DNA of 64,000 bases from Dehalococcoidia bacterium (lineage in GTDB: Bacteria > Chloroflexota > Dehalococcoidia > GIF9 > AB-539-J10): positions 117,464-181,463 of the forward strand of contig JAUWOR010000002.1 of NCBI GenBank assembly GCA_030612025.1. The letters are read 5' to 3'. Positions 22,180 through 32,526 of this stretch are shown in pieces. Each line of letters opens with the position of its first letter. Positions within the stretch are counted from its first letter, which is position 1. The position numbers and the translations under genes are program-made. Below the pieces are notes generated by a model that saw nothing but the letters and a program-made list of their open reading frames with translations, did not search any database and was not told the origin of the DNA.

Positions 22180-25100
22180 TCACTTTATTCCTCTCTTGTA
22201 AGGAAAAGAAACTTCATTACATGAGAGGCTAGGTGAGGGTTCCTTCTTTGATAATATATCACGTAAGTATTGCCCAGTGGAAGAATTTTCTCTTTGCGCT
22301 ATTTCCTCCGGTGTGCCAGTAGTGATGATATAGCCGCCTTCGTCTCCAGCTCCGGGACCAAGGTCAATGACCCAATCGGCGTTTTTGATTACATCGAGGT
22401 GATGCTCAATGATAATCACTGTATTTCCATAGTCCACCAAGCGTTGCAGCACCTGCAACAAGCAAGCAACATCGGGGAAGGAAAGGCCTGTAGTGGGCTC
22501 ATCAAGGATATAGAGCGTTTTGCCTGTAGAGCGACGGGATAGCTCGGTAGACAGCTTTACTCGCTGTGCCTCGCCTCCAGAAAGGGTAGGTGCAGGCTGA
22601 CCCAGACAGATATATCCCAGGCCAACGTCTCTGAGCGTTTCCAATTTGCTTTTCACCCGGGGAAAATGGTCGAATAAAACCAAAGCTTCATCCACAGTCA
22701 TATCAAGAATTTCGGCGATATTTTTCCCTTTAAAGTGAATCTCCAGCGCTTCACGATTGTACCTTTTTCCCTTACATACCTCGCAGGGGACGGTGACATC
22801 GGGCAAAAATTGCATCTCAATTTGAACATAGCCGGCTCCCTGACAGGCTTCACATCTGCCTCCCTTTACATTGAAGGAGAAACGCCCTGGGGGATAGCCA
22901 CGCATTCTGGCTTCAGGAACGGCAGCGAAGAGCTCCCGAATAGGGGTAAAAGTTCCGGTATAAGTAGCTGCATTGCTTCGCGGGGTGCGGCCGATGGGCG
23001 ACTGGTCAATGTTAACCACCTTATCAATATACTCAGTGCCAATAATGCCATCGCATTTGCCCGGTCTCTCCTTGGCTCGGTAGAAAAATCTGGCCAGGTT
23101 TTTATACAGGACTTCATCAATAAGAGAGCTTTTGCCACTGCCAGAAACGCCAGTAATGCAAACAAATTTGCCTAAAGGGATATGGACATCAACGTTCTTC
23201 AAGTTGTTTTCCCTAGCACCTTTAATCACCAGCTCTTTTCCTGAGCCAAGGCGACGCTTAGGTGGCAAGGGGACTTCTTTCACCCGGCTAAGATATTGTC
23301 CCGTTATTGACTCAGGACAATTCATAATATCCTTCAGCCTTCCCGTGACAACAATTTCCCCTCCCTGCTTACCAGCCCCTGGGCCCATATCAATAATGTA
23401 ATCAGCCGCTCTCATCATAGCCTCATCATGCTCTACAATGATTATGGTGTTATCCAAATCCCTGAGGCGTTTCAGCGTGGTTATCAGACGAGAGCCATCA
23501 GCAGGATGCAAACCCACCGTGGGCTCATCGCAAATATAAAGCACACCAGTAAGCCCGCTGCCAATTTGGGTGGCTAAATGGATTCTCTGTGCCTCGCCAC
23601 TACTCAAGGTTGCTGAACCACGGTCTATAGTTAAGTAGCTCAGACCTATGTCCCTGAGAAAACCCAAGCGGGCGTGAATCTCTTTGATAATTTGATTAGC
23701 GATAGTAAGTTCACGCGGGCTAATCTGGCTGCTCAGCCCTTCCGCCCAATCCAGAGCCTCGGTAACAGATAGGGCAGTAACATCCATAATGTCTTTGCCG
23801 ACAAGAGTGACAGCCAAAGATTCTGGTTTGAGCCTCTTCCCCTGACATATAGGACAAGGATGGGATGACACATACCTTTCGATATCAGCCCTAACACTAT
23901 CGGAATCTGTCTCCCGATAGCGGCGCTCCAGATGCGGTATTATACCCTCAAAGTTTGTGTAATACTGGCGCATTCTGCCATAGCGGTCTTCATATGTAGC
24001 TAGAACCATCTCGCCACCATTGCCATAGAGGATTAAGTGGAGCTGGCTCTCAGTCAAATTCCTGACTGGCGTGGTGAGGGAAAAGCCATAGCGGCGAGCC
24101 AGGGATTGAAGTATGCTACTATACCAGGTGCTGAGCTGCCCATTTCGTGCCCAGGGTTGAATAGCCCCTTCGACCAAGCTGAGTCCTTTGTCAGTGATAA
24201 CCAGATTGGGGTCGATCTCTAATTTGACGCCCAGTCCGGTGCAGGCAGGGCAAGCGCCATGAGGGCTATTGAAACTAAATGTCCTGGGGGCGATTTCGCC
24301 CAGGCTAATGCCACAATAGACACAGGCGAAGTGCTCCGAGAAAAGCAACTCTTGTCCTTGGGACTCCTCCCCTCCTTCAGAATGATAACCTTCCCCTGTC
24401 ACCCCGAACGAAGTGAAGGGTCTCTGAGATTCTTCGCTACGCTCAGAATGACAAGAGGCGAAAGACTCCGAATGACCGGAGGGAAAGAGCTCAGAATGAC
24501 AATTGAGGATGGAAATGAGCACTACGCCTGAGCCTAGTTTCAATGCTGTTTCGATGGAATCGGCCAGCCGAGTAGCATTTTCGCCTTTCTCTATTTGCAA
24601 TCGGTCAACCACTGCCTCGATAGTATGCTTTTTGTTTTTATCCAGGTGAAATTCCTCGGAAAGATCACAAATTCGCCTATCAACTCGAACCCTGACAAAC
24701 CCTGCTTTTTGCAAATCTTGAAATATCTGTTGATGCTCACCTTTACGGTCTCTAATTAGTGGTGCCAGAATCATAATCCGACTTCCCCGAGGTATTTCCT
24801 GAACGGCATCTACAATTTGTTGCACTGTCTGGCGGGAAATCTCGCGTCCGCATTTGGGACAATGCGGGTGACCAATACGAGCGAAGAGAAGGCGCAAATA
24901 GTCATAGATCTCGGTTACGGTGCCTACCGTAGACCTTGGATTATGAGGAGGCCCTTTTTGATCAATGGAGATAGCCGGGCTAAGCCCCTCGATATAATCA
25001 ACATCGGGCTTTTGCATCTGCCCCAAGAATTGGCGAGCATAGGCGGAGAGAGATTCCACATACCGGCGTTGACCCTCAGCGTATATGGTATCGAAGGCTA

Positions 25101-25221
25101 GGGAGCTTTTGCCTGAACCAGAAACACCAGTGATGACTACCAAGTTGTTTCTGGGGATAACGACATCTATGTCCTTAAGGTTGTGTTCCCTGGCACCCTT
25201 AACGAATATGGCGTCTGGCAT
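22180..25221 (-). CDS. uvrA: Excinuclease ABC subunit A, with an in-frame repeat insertion
   Basis: Two GVSGSGKS Walker A motifs, zinc modules, signature motifs, DEPT; start [16 protein letters not shown] at 25221. Confidence 0.97.
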   Translation of the reverse strand: MPDAIFVKGAREHNLKDIDVVIPRNNLVVITGVSGSGKSSLAFDTIYAEGQRRYVESLSAYARQFLGQMQKPDVDYIEGLSPAISIDQKGPPHNPRSTVGTVTEIYDYLRLLFARIGHPHCPKCGREISRQTVQQIVDAVQEIPRGSRIMILAPLIRDRKGEHQQIFQDLQKAGFVRVRVDRRICDLSEEFHLDKNKKHTIEAVVDRLQIEKGENATRLADSIETALKLGSGVVLISILNCHSELFPSGHSESFASCHSERSEESQRPFTSFGVTGEGYHSEGGEESQGQELLFSEHFACVYCGISLGEIAPRTFSFNSPHGACPACTGLGVKLEIDPNLVITDKGLSLVEGAIQPWARNGQLSTWYSSILQSLARRYGFSLTTPVRNLTESQLHLILYGNGGEMVLATYEDRYGRMRQYYTNFEGIIPHLERRYRETDSDSVRADIERYVSSHPCPICQGKRLKPESLAVTLVGKDIMDVTALSVTEALDWAEGLSSQISPRELTIANQIIKEIHARLGFLRDIGLSYLTIDRGSATLSSGEAQRIHLATQIGSGLTGVLYICDEPTVGLHPADGSRLITTLKRLRDLDNTIIIVEHDEAMMRAADYIIDMGPGAGKQGGEIVVTGRLKDIMNCPESITGQYLSRVKEVPLPPKRRLGSGKELVIKGARENNLKNVDVHIPLGKFVCITGVSGSGKSSLIDEVLYKNLARFFYRAKERPGKCDGIIGTEYIDKVVNIDQSPIGRTPRSNAATYTGTFTPIRELFAAVPEARMRGYPPGRFSFNVKGGRCEACQGAGYVQIEMQFLPDVTVPCEVCKGKRYNREALEIHFKGKNIAEILDMTVDEALVLFDHFPRVKSKLETLRDVGLGYICLGQPAPTLSGGEAQRVKLSTELSRRSTGKTLYILDEPTTGLSFPDVACLLQVLQRLVDYGNTVIIIEHHLDVIKNADWVIDLGPGAGDEGGYIITTGTPEEIAQRENSSTGQYLRDILSKKEPSPSLSCNEVSFPYKRGIK
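24358..24501 (-). repeat. GTCATTCTGAG palindromic element inserted in frame in uvrA (48 aa)
   Basis: Close match to the intergenic copy at 63496-63616; translates as CHSE...CHSERSEES. Confidence 0.9.
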
Positions 25222-25266
25222 GCTGCCTTTAATTGTAACATCAGCGCCGATGGTTCTCAAAAGGAG

Positions 25267-25545
25267 TGCACTCATCCATATGAGTGACACGTCGGCTCCT
25301 TTGTTGCTATCCCAAAGCAATCTATGCTGATCCTCCCTCCCCTGGCGGGAGGGAGTTAGAGGGAGGGGGGAATTTCACCCTCACCCTAGCCCTCTCCCAT
25401 CAAGGGAGAGGGAATCTTTGCTAAAGATTGCCACGCCGGAGCCTGTCCTGAGCATCACGAGATTCTTCAGTCGCTTCTCTCCCTCAGAATGACAAGAAGG
25501 GAAGGGCTCAGAATGGCAAGGAGCGAAGGAACTGGCAATGACACG
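25267..25545. repeat. Composite repeat cluster between uvrA and hppA
   Basis: Degenerate TGT-type terminus, CCCTCACCCTAGCCCTCTCCC units, CAGAATGAC and GCAATGAC units. Confidence 0.75.
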
Positions 25546-25611
25546 CCCCCCGCCAAGTAAAGAGAAGTGCGGGGTGGTACAGGGTGGGACTCACAACACC
25601 AATTTATGCAC

Positions 25612-27669
25612 CTAAATCAGACCACCGAAACTTGTTAATACCGGCGCTAATAACAACGAGATTACCGACATCAGCTTGAGCATGATATTGAGAGAAGGCC
25701 CGGCAGTATCTTTCATTGGATCACCAGCAGTATCTCCCACCACTCCTGCCTTATGAGCCTCTGAGCCTTTGCCGCCAAAATGCCCGGCCTCAATCCACTT
25801 TTTAGCATTATCCCAGGAGCCACCAGCATTGTTTAAGGTGATAGCAAAGATAAAGCCCGTGGCTAAAGCACCGACAAGAAAACCAGTCAGAGCATATTTG
25901 CCCAGAATTACTCCCACAAGCACGGGCATAATAATGGTTAGTACCGAGGGAGCCATCATCAGCTTCAGTGCTGCTTCGGTGCAAATATCTACGCACCTAC
26001 CATACTCTGGCTTGGCTGTTCCCTCCATCAAGCCCTTTATCTCACGCCATTGCCGACGAACTTCATCTACAATAAGCGCCGTAGTTACACCCACTGATTT
26101 CATCGTCATAGCACAAAAGACAGGGGGCATAAGAGCACCTAGAATTATCCCCACGATAACCGGTGCGCTTAGCAAGCTCAATGCTGGCGGTACTATTACC
26201 TCACCGGTAGGAGAAATTGTTACTATTTGTGTAGCTACAGCGAAGGCAAGGATCAAGCCTAAGGAATTCATGGCAGCGGCACCGATGGCAAATCCTTTGC
26301 CCGTGGCTGCGGTAGTATTGCCCAGAGAATCTAAAGCATCAGTTCGCTCACGCACCTCAGGTGGTAACCCCACCATGGTAGTAATGCCACCAGCATTATC
26401 AGCCACAGGTCCATAAGCATCAGTGGCCAGCGTTACACCTAAAGTAGACAACATGCCAGCAGCAGCTAAGGCCACACCATAGAAACTAGCGAAATGGAAG
26501 GACACAATAATCGCTACCGCTATCAAAACTACCGGAGGCCAGGTGCTCATCATGCCATTGGCAAAGCCACGAACTATGGTAGCACCCCCGCCGGCGGTAG
26601 AGGCTTGGGAAATTTCCAGTGTCGGTTTATAAGCATAAGAAGTAAAGTAGTTCGTGCTTTCCCCCATAAGCACACCAGCTATAAGGCCGGCCAGCACTGC
26701 CCAGAAGAGACCCAAGCTGGCATGTAAGAAGTGAATCACCAAAAAAGCAAATATCACCGTCAATATTGAGGCGCTAAGCGTGCCGCGACGCAAGGCTCCC
26801 AAAAGAGCACCCATCTCCACCTTCTCTCCCACTCGGACTAAAAAACAGCCAATTATAGAGGCTATAATGCCTCCAGCCATGATTAGCATAGGTAGATACC
26901 AAGCAGTTTTGATATCAGCAACTACCCCAATTGCCACAGCAACAGTACATAACGTCATGGTAGCAATGACAGTTTCAACATAAGACTCGAATAAATCAGC
27001 ACCCATGCCACACACATCGCCAACATTATCACCGACAAAGTCAGCTATCACGGCAGCATTCCTGGGGTCATCTTCCGGTATCCCCGCCTCCCCCTTACCC
27101 ACTAGATCGGAGCCGGCCTCAGCCCCCTTAGTGAAGATACCACCACCTACTCTGGCAAAGAGGGCGACACCCGAAGCCCCTACACCATAGGCTGGAATTA
27201 TTGCCAGGAAACTGGGGTCATCATGCCAGGCGAAATAGAGAATAGATAACCCTATAATGCCAATGCTAACCACAGTCAGCCCCATAACCGCCCCTCCCCG
27301 GAAGGAAACTCTCAATCCCTGATTCAAGCTTTTTTGTGCCGCGGCACAGGTCCTACCATTAGACCTAACAGCCATATTCATGCCGGCGTAGCCAGCTCCC
27401 ATAGAGCAAAAGGCACCAAAAATCAGAGCCACACTCACTTTCCACTTCAAACCAGGGACAAATGCTAAAATGATAGCTAATACCGCCACCACAATAAGCA
27501 AGGTGCGATATTCCCGGCCAATAAAAGCCATCGCTCCTTCCTTAATGGCAGCAGAACACTCTTTAATTTTGTCCGAGCCTTGGTCCTGCGCTAGGACGTA
27601 TCGCACAAAATAGAGAACTACACCAGCTCCTAAAATCCCAGCGATGACACAAATCCAGACTAAGTCCAT
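25612..27669 (-). CDS. hppA: Membrane-bound pyrophosphatase, K+-dependent type (probably Na+-pumping)
   Basis: GGGIFTK, EDDPRN, DNVGD, DNAGG, GNTTAA, WDNAKK, GDPMKD. Confidence 0.93.
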   Translation of the reverse strand: MDLVWICVIAGILGAGVVLYFVRYVLAQDQGSDKIKECSAAIKEGAMAFIGREYRTLLIVVAVLAIILAFVPGLKWKVSVALIFGAFCSMGAGYAGMNMAVRSNGRTCAAAQKSLNQGLRVSFRGGAVMGLTVVSIGIIGLSILYFAWHDDPSFLAIIPAYGVGASGVALFARVGGGIFTKGAEAGSDLVGKGEAGIPEDDPRNAAVIADFVGDNVGDVCGMGADLFESYVETVIATMTLCTVAVAIGVVADIKTAWYLPMLIMAGGIIASIIGCFLVRVGEKVEMGALLGALRRGTLSASILTVIFAFLVIHFLHASLGLFWAVLAGLIAGVLMGESTNYFTSYAYKPTLEISQASTAGGGATIVRGFANGMMSTWPPVVLIAVAIIVSFHFASFYGVALAAAGMLSTLGVTLATDAYGPVADNAGGITTMVGLPPEVRERTDALDSLGNTTAATGKGFAIGAAAMNSLGLILAFAVATQIVTISPTGEVIVPPALSLLSAPVIVGIILGALMPPVFCAMTMKSVGVTTALIVDEVRRQWREIKGLMEGTAKPEYGRCVDICTEAALKLMMAPSVLTIIMPVLVGVILGKYALTGFLVGALATGFIFAITLNNAGGSWDNAKKWIEAGHFGGKGSEAHKAGVVGDTAGDPMKDTAGPSLNIMLKLMSVISLLLAPVLTSFGGLI

Positions 27670-27693
27670 ACTCCTCTCCTTTTATACAGTATT

Positions 27694-27776
27694 AAAGTAA
27701 GAGCACCTAGATCTAATCTATGTGCTCTTACCCCACTTGGTTTGCTAAGATAACTCTTGCCAAGAATGTAACCCTA
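27694..27776 (-). ncRNA. Candidate Na+ (DUF1646-type) riboswitch with overlapping terminator
   Basis: AGGGTT..hairpin..AACCAAGTGGGG abutting a 10-bp stem GTAAGAGCAC/GTGCTCTTAC+TTT in the hppA leader; match to the model is from memory. Confidence 0.45.
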
Positions 27777-27860
27777 ATTAAAGATTCATTGCCTATAGTA
27801 GGCAACAGTCTCACCCTTTCTCTACAATGTCACCTACACTGCTGAAAAATGGACTATCAG

Positions 27861-28226
27861 CTACACACGCGTTCTGATCTCAAAGTTTATAGCGCCGGTA
27901 GGGTAGAAAAACGGGCCGTGCTTCATACCCGGGGGGCGGCAAGCGTAATATCCGGCTCTATACGTTTTGTTCAGTGCCACGTCTATGCTAGTTCCTCTAA
28001 TTACAAAGACCTCCTCCCAGAAATCCTCATGGCAAAGTACCTTGCCTGGTGCAGCTTTGGGCTGCCGGATACAAGCATCCAAATCCGGCTCACATAGGAG
28101 CAGCCGGGTATAAGAGCCTGTATCTGGGTCCCTAGCCAATATTTTTTCGTATTGCCCCGGTATTCCTTCCACCGGTTTCCAAGGAATGAGCCCAGTATCA
28201 AAGAACTCCAATTCTGGCTTAGCCAT
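27861..28226 (-). CDS. Cupin/ChrR-like protein
   Basis: HEDFWEEV...G and RPPGMKHGPF cupin motifs. Confidence 0.75.
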   Translation of the reverse strand: MAKPELEFFDTGLIPWKPVEGIPGQYEKILARDPDTGSYTRLLLCEPDLDACIRQPKAAPGKVLCHEDFWEEVFVIRGTSIDVALNKTYRAGYYACRPPGMKHGPFFYPTGAINFEIRTRV

Positions 28227-28250
28227 TTTATCCCTCCTTTTATATTTTTG

Positions 28251-28391
28251 AGGCTGTTTAATTTTGCCTCAGATTCAAAACTGGATTTGCCTCATCCAGT
28301 TTTAATACTCTTCACCTCCAAGATTCTCGTAGTGCGACCCTTTAGGGTCGTGCACGAGGCTAAAGCCTCGCACTACATTTTTAAACACCCT
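28251..28391. mobile_element. 141-bp TIR element, type A REP cargo
   Basis: AGGCTGTTTAA...TTAAACACCCT; near copy of 63200-63340. Confidence 0.8.
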
Positions 28392-28453
28392 ATATTTTAT
28401 AGCTACACTACTTTACGCCATGATGTTATTTCTTAAACACGCACTGCTTCCAT

Positions 28454-29143
28454 CTAACACCTGAACCAAGCGATAGGCTCCGCAGAATAAGCATACCTGA
28501 TAGCTCTTCCAACATGCTCATCAATCAGCTCCATCTCGAAGCGCGAGCTGAAACACAACCCACCACCAATGGTAGGCAATGTCCCTGAGTATATGACTAT
28601 ACCTCTTAAGTCTCCTGTCACACGCGATTGCACCTTCTCAATCAGTTCCTCAGGCCTTATAATCTTTCCTAATTTGCCTTCTTGATACAATTGGCGCTGG
28701 CCATTCTCCTCCACCCACGCTCGCAGAATTAAGTCATCCCAATGCCCCTTCACATCCTCGTAGCGCCACACCTTTGGCGCAATGACATTAAAGTATATCT
28801 GCTTTGACATTAGAATGCTATGCTTTTCGAGCTCTCGGTCTGTGTGGTCACTACCTACCGTAACATAGATATGCTCACCATCAAGTAGAAGTACATATTC
28901 TACCTCACCAGAGGTTTTCCTATCGGGAAGGATTTCTATTCTGTTGCCGGTCGTAATATTGTCTGGCAGTATGGGATAAAAAGCCGGAATCTCTTGAGAT
29001 GTGGTGATCCCGTGCTTCCGTAACTCATCAATATGTTTTTGGATCTCATCTGGGCCGCGACCTGTAAATCCGGCGTTAATCATCTTTCGAACTTCGAATG
29101 TCAACTTCCTAGTACCATCGCCCTCAACGATTAATTCAAGCAT
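28454..29143 (-). CDS. DUF2848 family protein
   Basis: AGFTGR, TSGEVE, VGSDHTDRELE, SKQ. Confidence 0.85.
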   Translation of the reverse strand: MLELIVEGDGTRKLTFEVRKMINAGFTGRGPDEIQKHIDELRKHGITTSQEIPAFYPILPDNITTGNRIEILPDRKTSGEVEYVLLLDGEHIYVTVGSDHTDRELEKHSILMSKQIYFNVIAPKVWRYEDVKGHWDDLILRAWVEENGQRQLYQEGKLGKIIRPEELIEKVQSRVTGDLRGIVIYSGTLPTIGGGLCFSSRFEMELIDEHVGRAIRYAYSAEPIAWFRC

Positions 29144-29175
29144 TTTTCTAGCATCTCCTCCTTATCTAAACTATT

Positions 29176-29961
29176 TTATACCGGAAGAATCCTGTTTTGA
29201 AGATAGGGAGCCTCTTTTCTAAATTTATAAACCTCCGCAATATCTATCTCACTTTTCACTATACATTCGAAGATACCCCCACTCGCGATAGACATCCCGT
29301 GTGGGTCAACAATAGCACTGTGCCCGAGATACTGGTTACCACGATTGAAGCCAGCACAATTACAGGAAATCAAGTAACACTGGTTCTCATTAGCCCGAGC
29401 GTGGCTTAGCTCTACCCAATTCTCTAGCCTTACCAAGGGCCACGCTGCTATAAGTAAGAAAACCTCTACACCTTTATTGATAGCCATTTTACGATAGAGT
29501 TCTGGGAAGCGTAGGTCATAACATGTACTTAAACCCAGAACGCCAAGCTCTGTTTCTACTGCCACAATATCCCGCCCACGGTTCAGCAATGCTGCCTCTT
29601 GAGCCCCCCCTAAATTAAACAGGTGCATCTTCCGGTATGTCGCAATAATCTCGCCCTTAGGGTCTAACAGAACCGCAGTATTGTAAAGCCCGTCATCCGA
29701 CCTTTCAACAATGCTACCGGCCAGGATATATGCCTTAACAGCCCTTGCCTTCTCAGCTAGCCTAGAGATTGTTTCACCCTGAAGGGTTTCACTGCCATCA
29801 CGATACATATCAAAAGAGTACCAGCCAATATTCCATACTTCAGGCAAGAGGATTAAATCTGCATCAGCAGCCCTATCAATGAGTCCTTCCACATGCCTTA
29901 TTCTATCTGCTTTGGAATTTTCGTCAGTGAACCAACATTGTATGGAAGCCACCTTGCTCAT
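29176..29961 (-). CDS. Carbon-nitrogen hydrolase (nitrilase superfamily amidase)
   Basis: Glu-Lys-Cys triad: LPEVW, YRKMHL, CYDLRFPE; RANENQ. Confidence 0.9.
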   Translation of the reverse strand: MSKVASIQCWFTDENSKADRIRHVEGLIDRAADADLILLPEVWNIGWYSFDMYRDGSETLQGETISRLAEKARAVKAYILAGSIVERSDDGLYNTAVLLDPKGEIIATYRKMHLFNLGGAQEAALLNRGRDIVAVETELGVLGLSTCYDLRFPELYRKMAINKGVEVFLLIAAWPLVRLENWVELSHARANENQCYLISCNCAGFNRGNQYLGHSAIVDPHGMSIASGGIFECIVKSEIDIAEVYKFRKEAPYLQNRILPV

Positions 29962-30243
29962 TTTCTTCTCTCCCTTTATTAGACTTTACTGCCCTGTCTA
30001 TAAGTGTGTCACTCTCTATCTGAACAGGGTCACACGCATCCCTTAGCAGAATTTGTCATCAATTTCCCTCGTAGTATTACACCAGACCAGCTAAATACAA
30101 GTTTTTTATCCACTAGCTTCTTGCCGACTTGCATAACTGCTTTCTTAGAATTTAATGAGTATCTCAGATCAACTCCTCAGATGCTAGCCCACTAAAATGC
30201 GAGTATTAATTGAATATAAGCACACATAACCTCTAACTATTTA

Positions 30244-30888
30244 TCAAGCACTTGGTTTTTGGGCCAAGTTATCAAGTTTTGCTTGCAGTTCCTTTTGTCT
30301 TAAAGCTACCGTCAGGTCGCCTCGAGTCCTTTCCGTGATGCCTCGAATAGCATCTGTAGTCCGCCTTAAGCCATGAGTAACAACTTCGGGAAAACCCATA
30401 GTCATTAACACTCCGTAAATACCATCCATCATAGCAAGCAACTCCTCACCACGGGAAAAGTCCCCTCGCCTCAAACCATCTAAGATGTAGCGCCTTAATT
30501 CACCTACGGCTTCGCCTAACCCATTAAGATAGGCAGCACAGCTAACACCTAATTTCTCAGGTTTAGGGAGGTCTTCTTTGTTAATCAAAGCTAGGGTAAG
30601 GCATGCCTCAGCGAACTCCTTTTGAGCATCATGGACAAAGCCTGAGTGAAGTAGCTCACTATGATTGCTAAGATTGAGGTTTATATCTTGAATTAACTTA
30701 TAAGCTGAATCGAGGAGTTGCTTAGCCTTATCTTGTTCCTGGCAATGTAAAGCGCGTATAGCCCGGGCGCTATGCTGGACTACTTGGCGGCAACCACGCA
30801 AAGCCTTCTCCCGTGCCTCATCCTCAGTTATAAGGTAAGAGCGGATATGCCTAGCGATAGCTTCTAAATCTTCTAGCGACTTTGACAT
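30244..30888 (-). CDS. Translin/TRAX (C3PO-like) protein
   Basis: QKEFAEA, YLNGLGEAVGELRR and LRRTTD motifs. Confidence 0.85.
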   Translation of the reverse strand: MSKSLEDLEAIARHIRSYLITEDEAREKALRGCRQVVQHSARAIRALHCQEQDKAKQLLDSAYKLIQDINLNLSNHSELLHSGFVHDAQKEFAEACLTLALINKEDLPKPEKLGVSCAAYLNGLGEAVGELRRYILDGLRRGDFSRGEELLAMMDGIYGVLMTMGFPEVVTHGLRRTTDAIRGITERTRGDLTVALRQKELQAKLDNLAQKPSA

Positions 30889-30924
30889 CTTATATTCCAG
30901 CTATCAGCTTCCAGTCTTCAGCTA

Positions 30925-32028
30925 TCAGCTGACTGCTGAATGCTCCTCCTTTCTGCTCATCCCCATTTTCGCCATCAGCCGCTGCACCGCTCCTTTAACA
31001 TCTTCCTTACCTAAGACAGCGCTGATTACAGCTACAGAATCAGCCCCGGCAGCCATAACTTCATCAATGTTACCCTCATTGATCCCACCAATAGCCACCA
31101 AAGGGGAAGATACTGCTTGTCTGATTTGTTTCAGCCTATTTACCCCCACCACAGTAGCATTCTTCTTTGTTGGCGTGGGAAATATAGAGCCTACCGCGAT
31201 ATAATCTGCTCCTTCATTTTGCGCCTTTATCGCCTGAGATACCTTGGCGACAGAACAGCCAACTATTTTATCTATGGGCAGCTCCTTCCTAATGATAGGT
31301 AGAGGTAAATCTTCTTGCCCGATGTGAAGTCCGTCAGCACCAACAGCTAGGACCAAATCAAGATAATCGTTTATTATGAATAAAATACCAGATTTATCGC
31401 AGAGGGCTTTAAGTTTTTGGGCTACAGGCAGCAATTCTGCTTTGCTACTTTGCTTATCGCGAAGCTGGATAACCTTAGCACCACCTTGGATAACCTGTTC
31501 AGCAACTTCTAGTTCATCTCTGCCAGCTAAGGCTTGCCTATCCAGGATAACATAAAGCCCAGCTAGCTGTTTTACCTTATCCTGGCGTAATATTCTAGAA
31601 GTCAGTTGCTGCTCCAAAGTATAGAGGCTGAATCGTAGTTGCTCAAACTTGGCTGAATTCAACATGGAACTCGTCTCCGGTAATTTAGCCAGCTCCTCTA
31701 TCACCCGCAGCGACTCCGCCACCCTTTTGGCATTGGCCGTAATTATACCAGGCAAGTCCTGCTGAGCCTTAGCCAAACCCTTTCCCCCAAAGAGAAAGGG
31801 CTGGGTGAGGGTTACACCAACATCGTGTTCCGAGTCCCTTTGAGATAAAAGCTCTAGGCCTAGTGATTTAGTTTCCTCAACCAAGCTATGGCGCATAGCC
31901 TTTAATTGCTGGCTTAGCCTGGCATCATTAAGGATGAAGCGAGCAACATCTTCGAGAAGACGCAAGCCTTCCGATGCTCGGTTAAGGTTAGCGTCAATAA
32001 TACGCAACACGCGTAGAGGCATAAGCAT
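30925..32028 (-). CDS. thiE: Thiamine-phosphate synthase with N-terminal ThiD2 domain
   Basis: RIIDANLNRASEGLRLLED; QLRDK, IND, HIGQED, AIGGI; start uncertain. Confidence 0.92.
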   Translation of the reverse strand: MLMPLRVLRIIDANLNRASEGLRLLEDVARFILNDARLSQQLKAMRHSLVEETKSLGLELLSQRDSEHDVGVTLTQPFLFGGKGLAKAQQDLPGIITANAKRVAESLRVIEELAKLPETSSMLNSAKFEQLRFSLYTLEQQLTSRILRQDKVKQLAGLYVILDRQALAGRDELEVAEQVIQGGAKVIQLRDKQSSKAELLPVAQKLKALCDKSGILFIINDYLDLVLAVGADGLHIGQEDLPLPIIRKELPIDKIVGCSVAKVSQAIKAQNEGADYIAVGSIFPTPTKKNATVVGVNRLKQIRQAVSSPLVAIGGINEGNIDEVMAAGADSVAVISAVLGKEDVKGAVQRLMAKMGMSRKEEHSAVS

Positions 32029-32126
32029 AGGCAATTTTAGCACAAATCGGAGAAACTCGTAACGTTGAAATATTTGTTCTAGGCAGTTTGACTACTAGCA
32101 ACTTTGTTTCTTATACTCTATATCCT

Positions 32127-32216
32127 GGAGGGGTGACCGAGTGGTTTATGGTGGCGGTCTTGAAAACCGTTTTCGCTTTCAAGCGAACGTGGGTTCGAAT
32201 CCCGCCCCCTCCGCCA
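32127..32216 (+). tRNA. tRNA-Ser (TGA)
   Basis: GGAGGGG acceptor, CT-TGA-AA loop, long variable arm, GCCA end; TTGACT/TATACT promoter at 32088-32117. Confidence 0.95.
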
Positions 32217-32230
32217 GAGCAAAGAAGTTC

Positions 32231-32300
32231 TTACTTCCTTAACACCATTCCCGCTGGGTCTATTTCCTAGCGTAATATCCTCAGGTCTTCCTTAGTAGGC
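32231..32300 (-). pseudogene. Remnant resembling a CoA-transferase beta-subunit C-terminus
   Basis: PTKEDLRILR*EIDPAGMVLRK*, with an internal stop. Confidence 0.35.
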
Positions 32301-32526
32301 ACACAACTTGTTCCAATTTTGTCAGGTATGATAATCTCAAATTGACTATTCTCCTTTACCTCCTCCAAACTTACCCCGAGGTGTAATGCAATTAATTTAA
32401 GCCTTTTTGTTTCCTCATCAAAACCATAGACACCTAACTGAGTAATAACCCTGTATGGCCTTGACCCTATTCTTGACTGAACGTGTTATGGGATTTACAA
32501 TAACAATCTTGCAAGGTGAGTGTAAT

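Noticed and set aside
24358-24501. Intein in UvrA (the insert starts with Cys)
   Set aside because: Only 48 aa, no His-Asn end or splicing blocks, and the DNA matches an intergenic palindrome
25222-25320. N-terminal extension of UvrA in the ORF track
   Set aside because: Overlaps a repeat terminus; homology starts at MPDAIFVKG (25221)
32127-32216. tRNA-Sec, given TGA in the loop and a long arm
   Set aside because: The anticodon is TGA (reads UCA, Ser); tRNA-Sec has TCA
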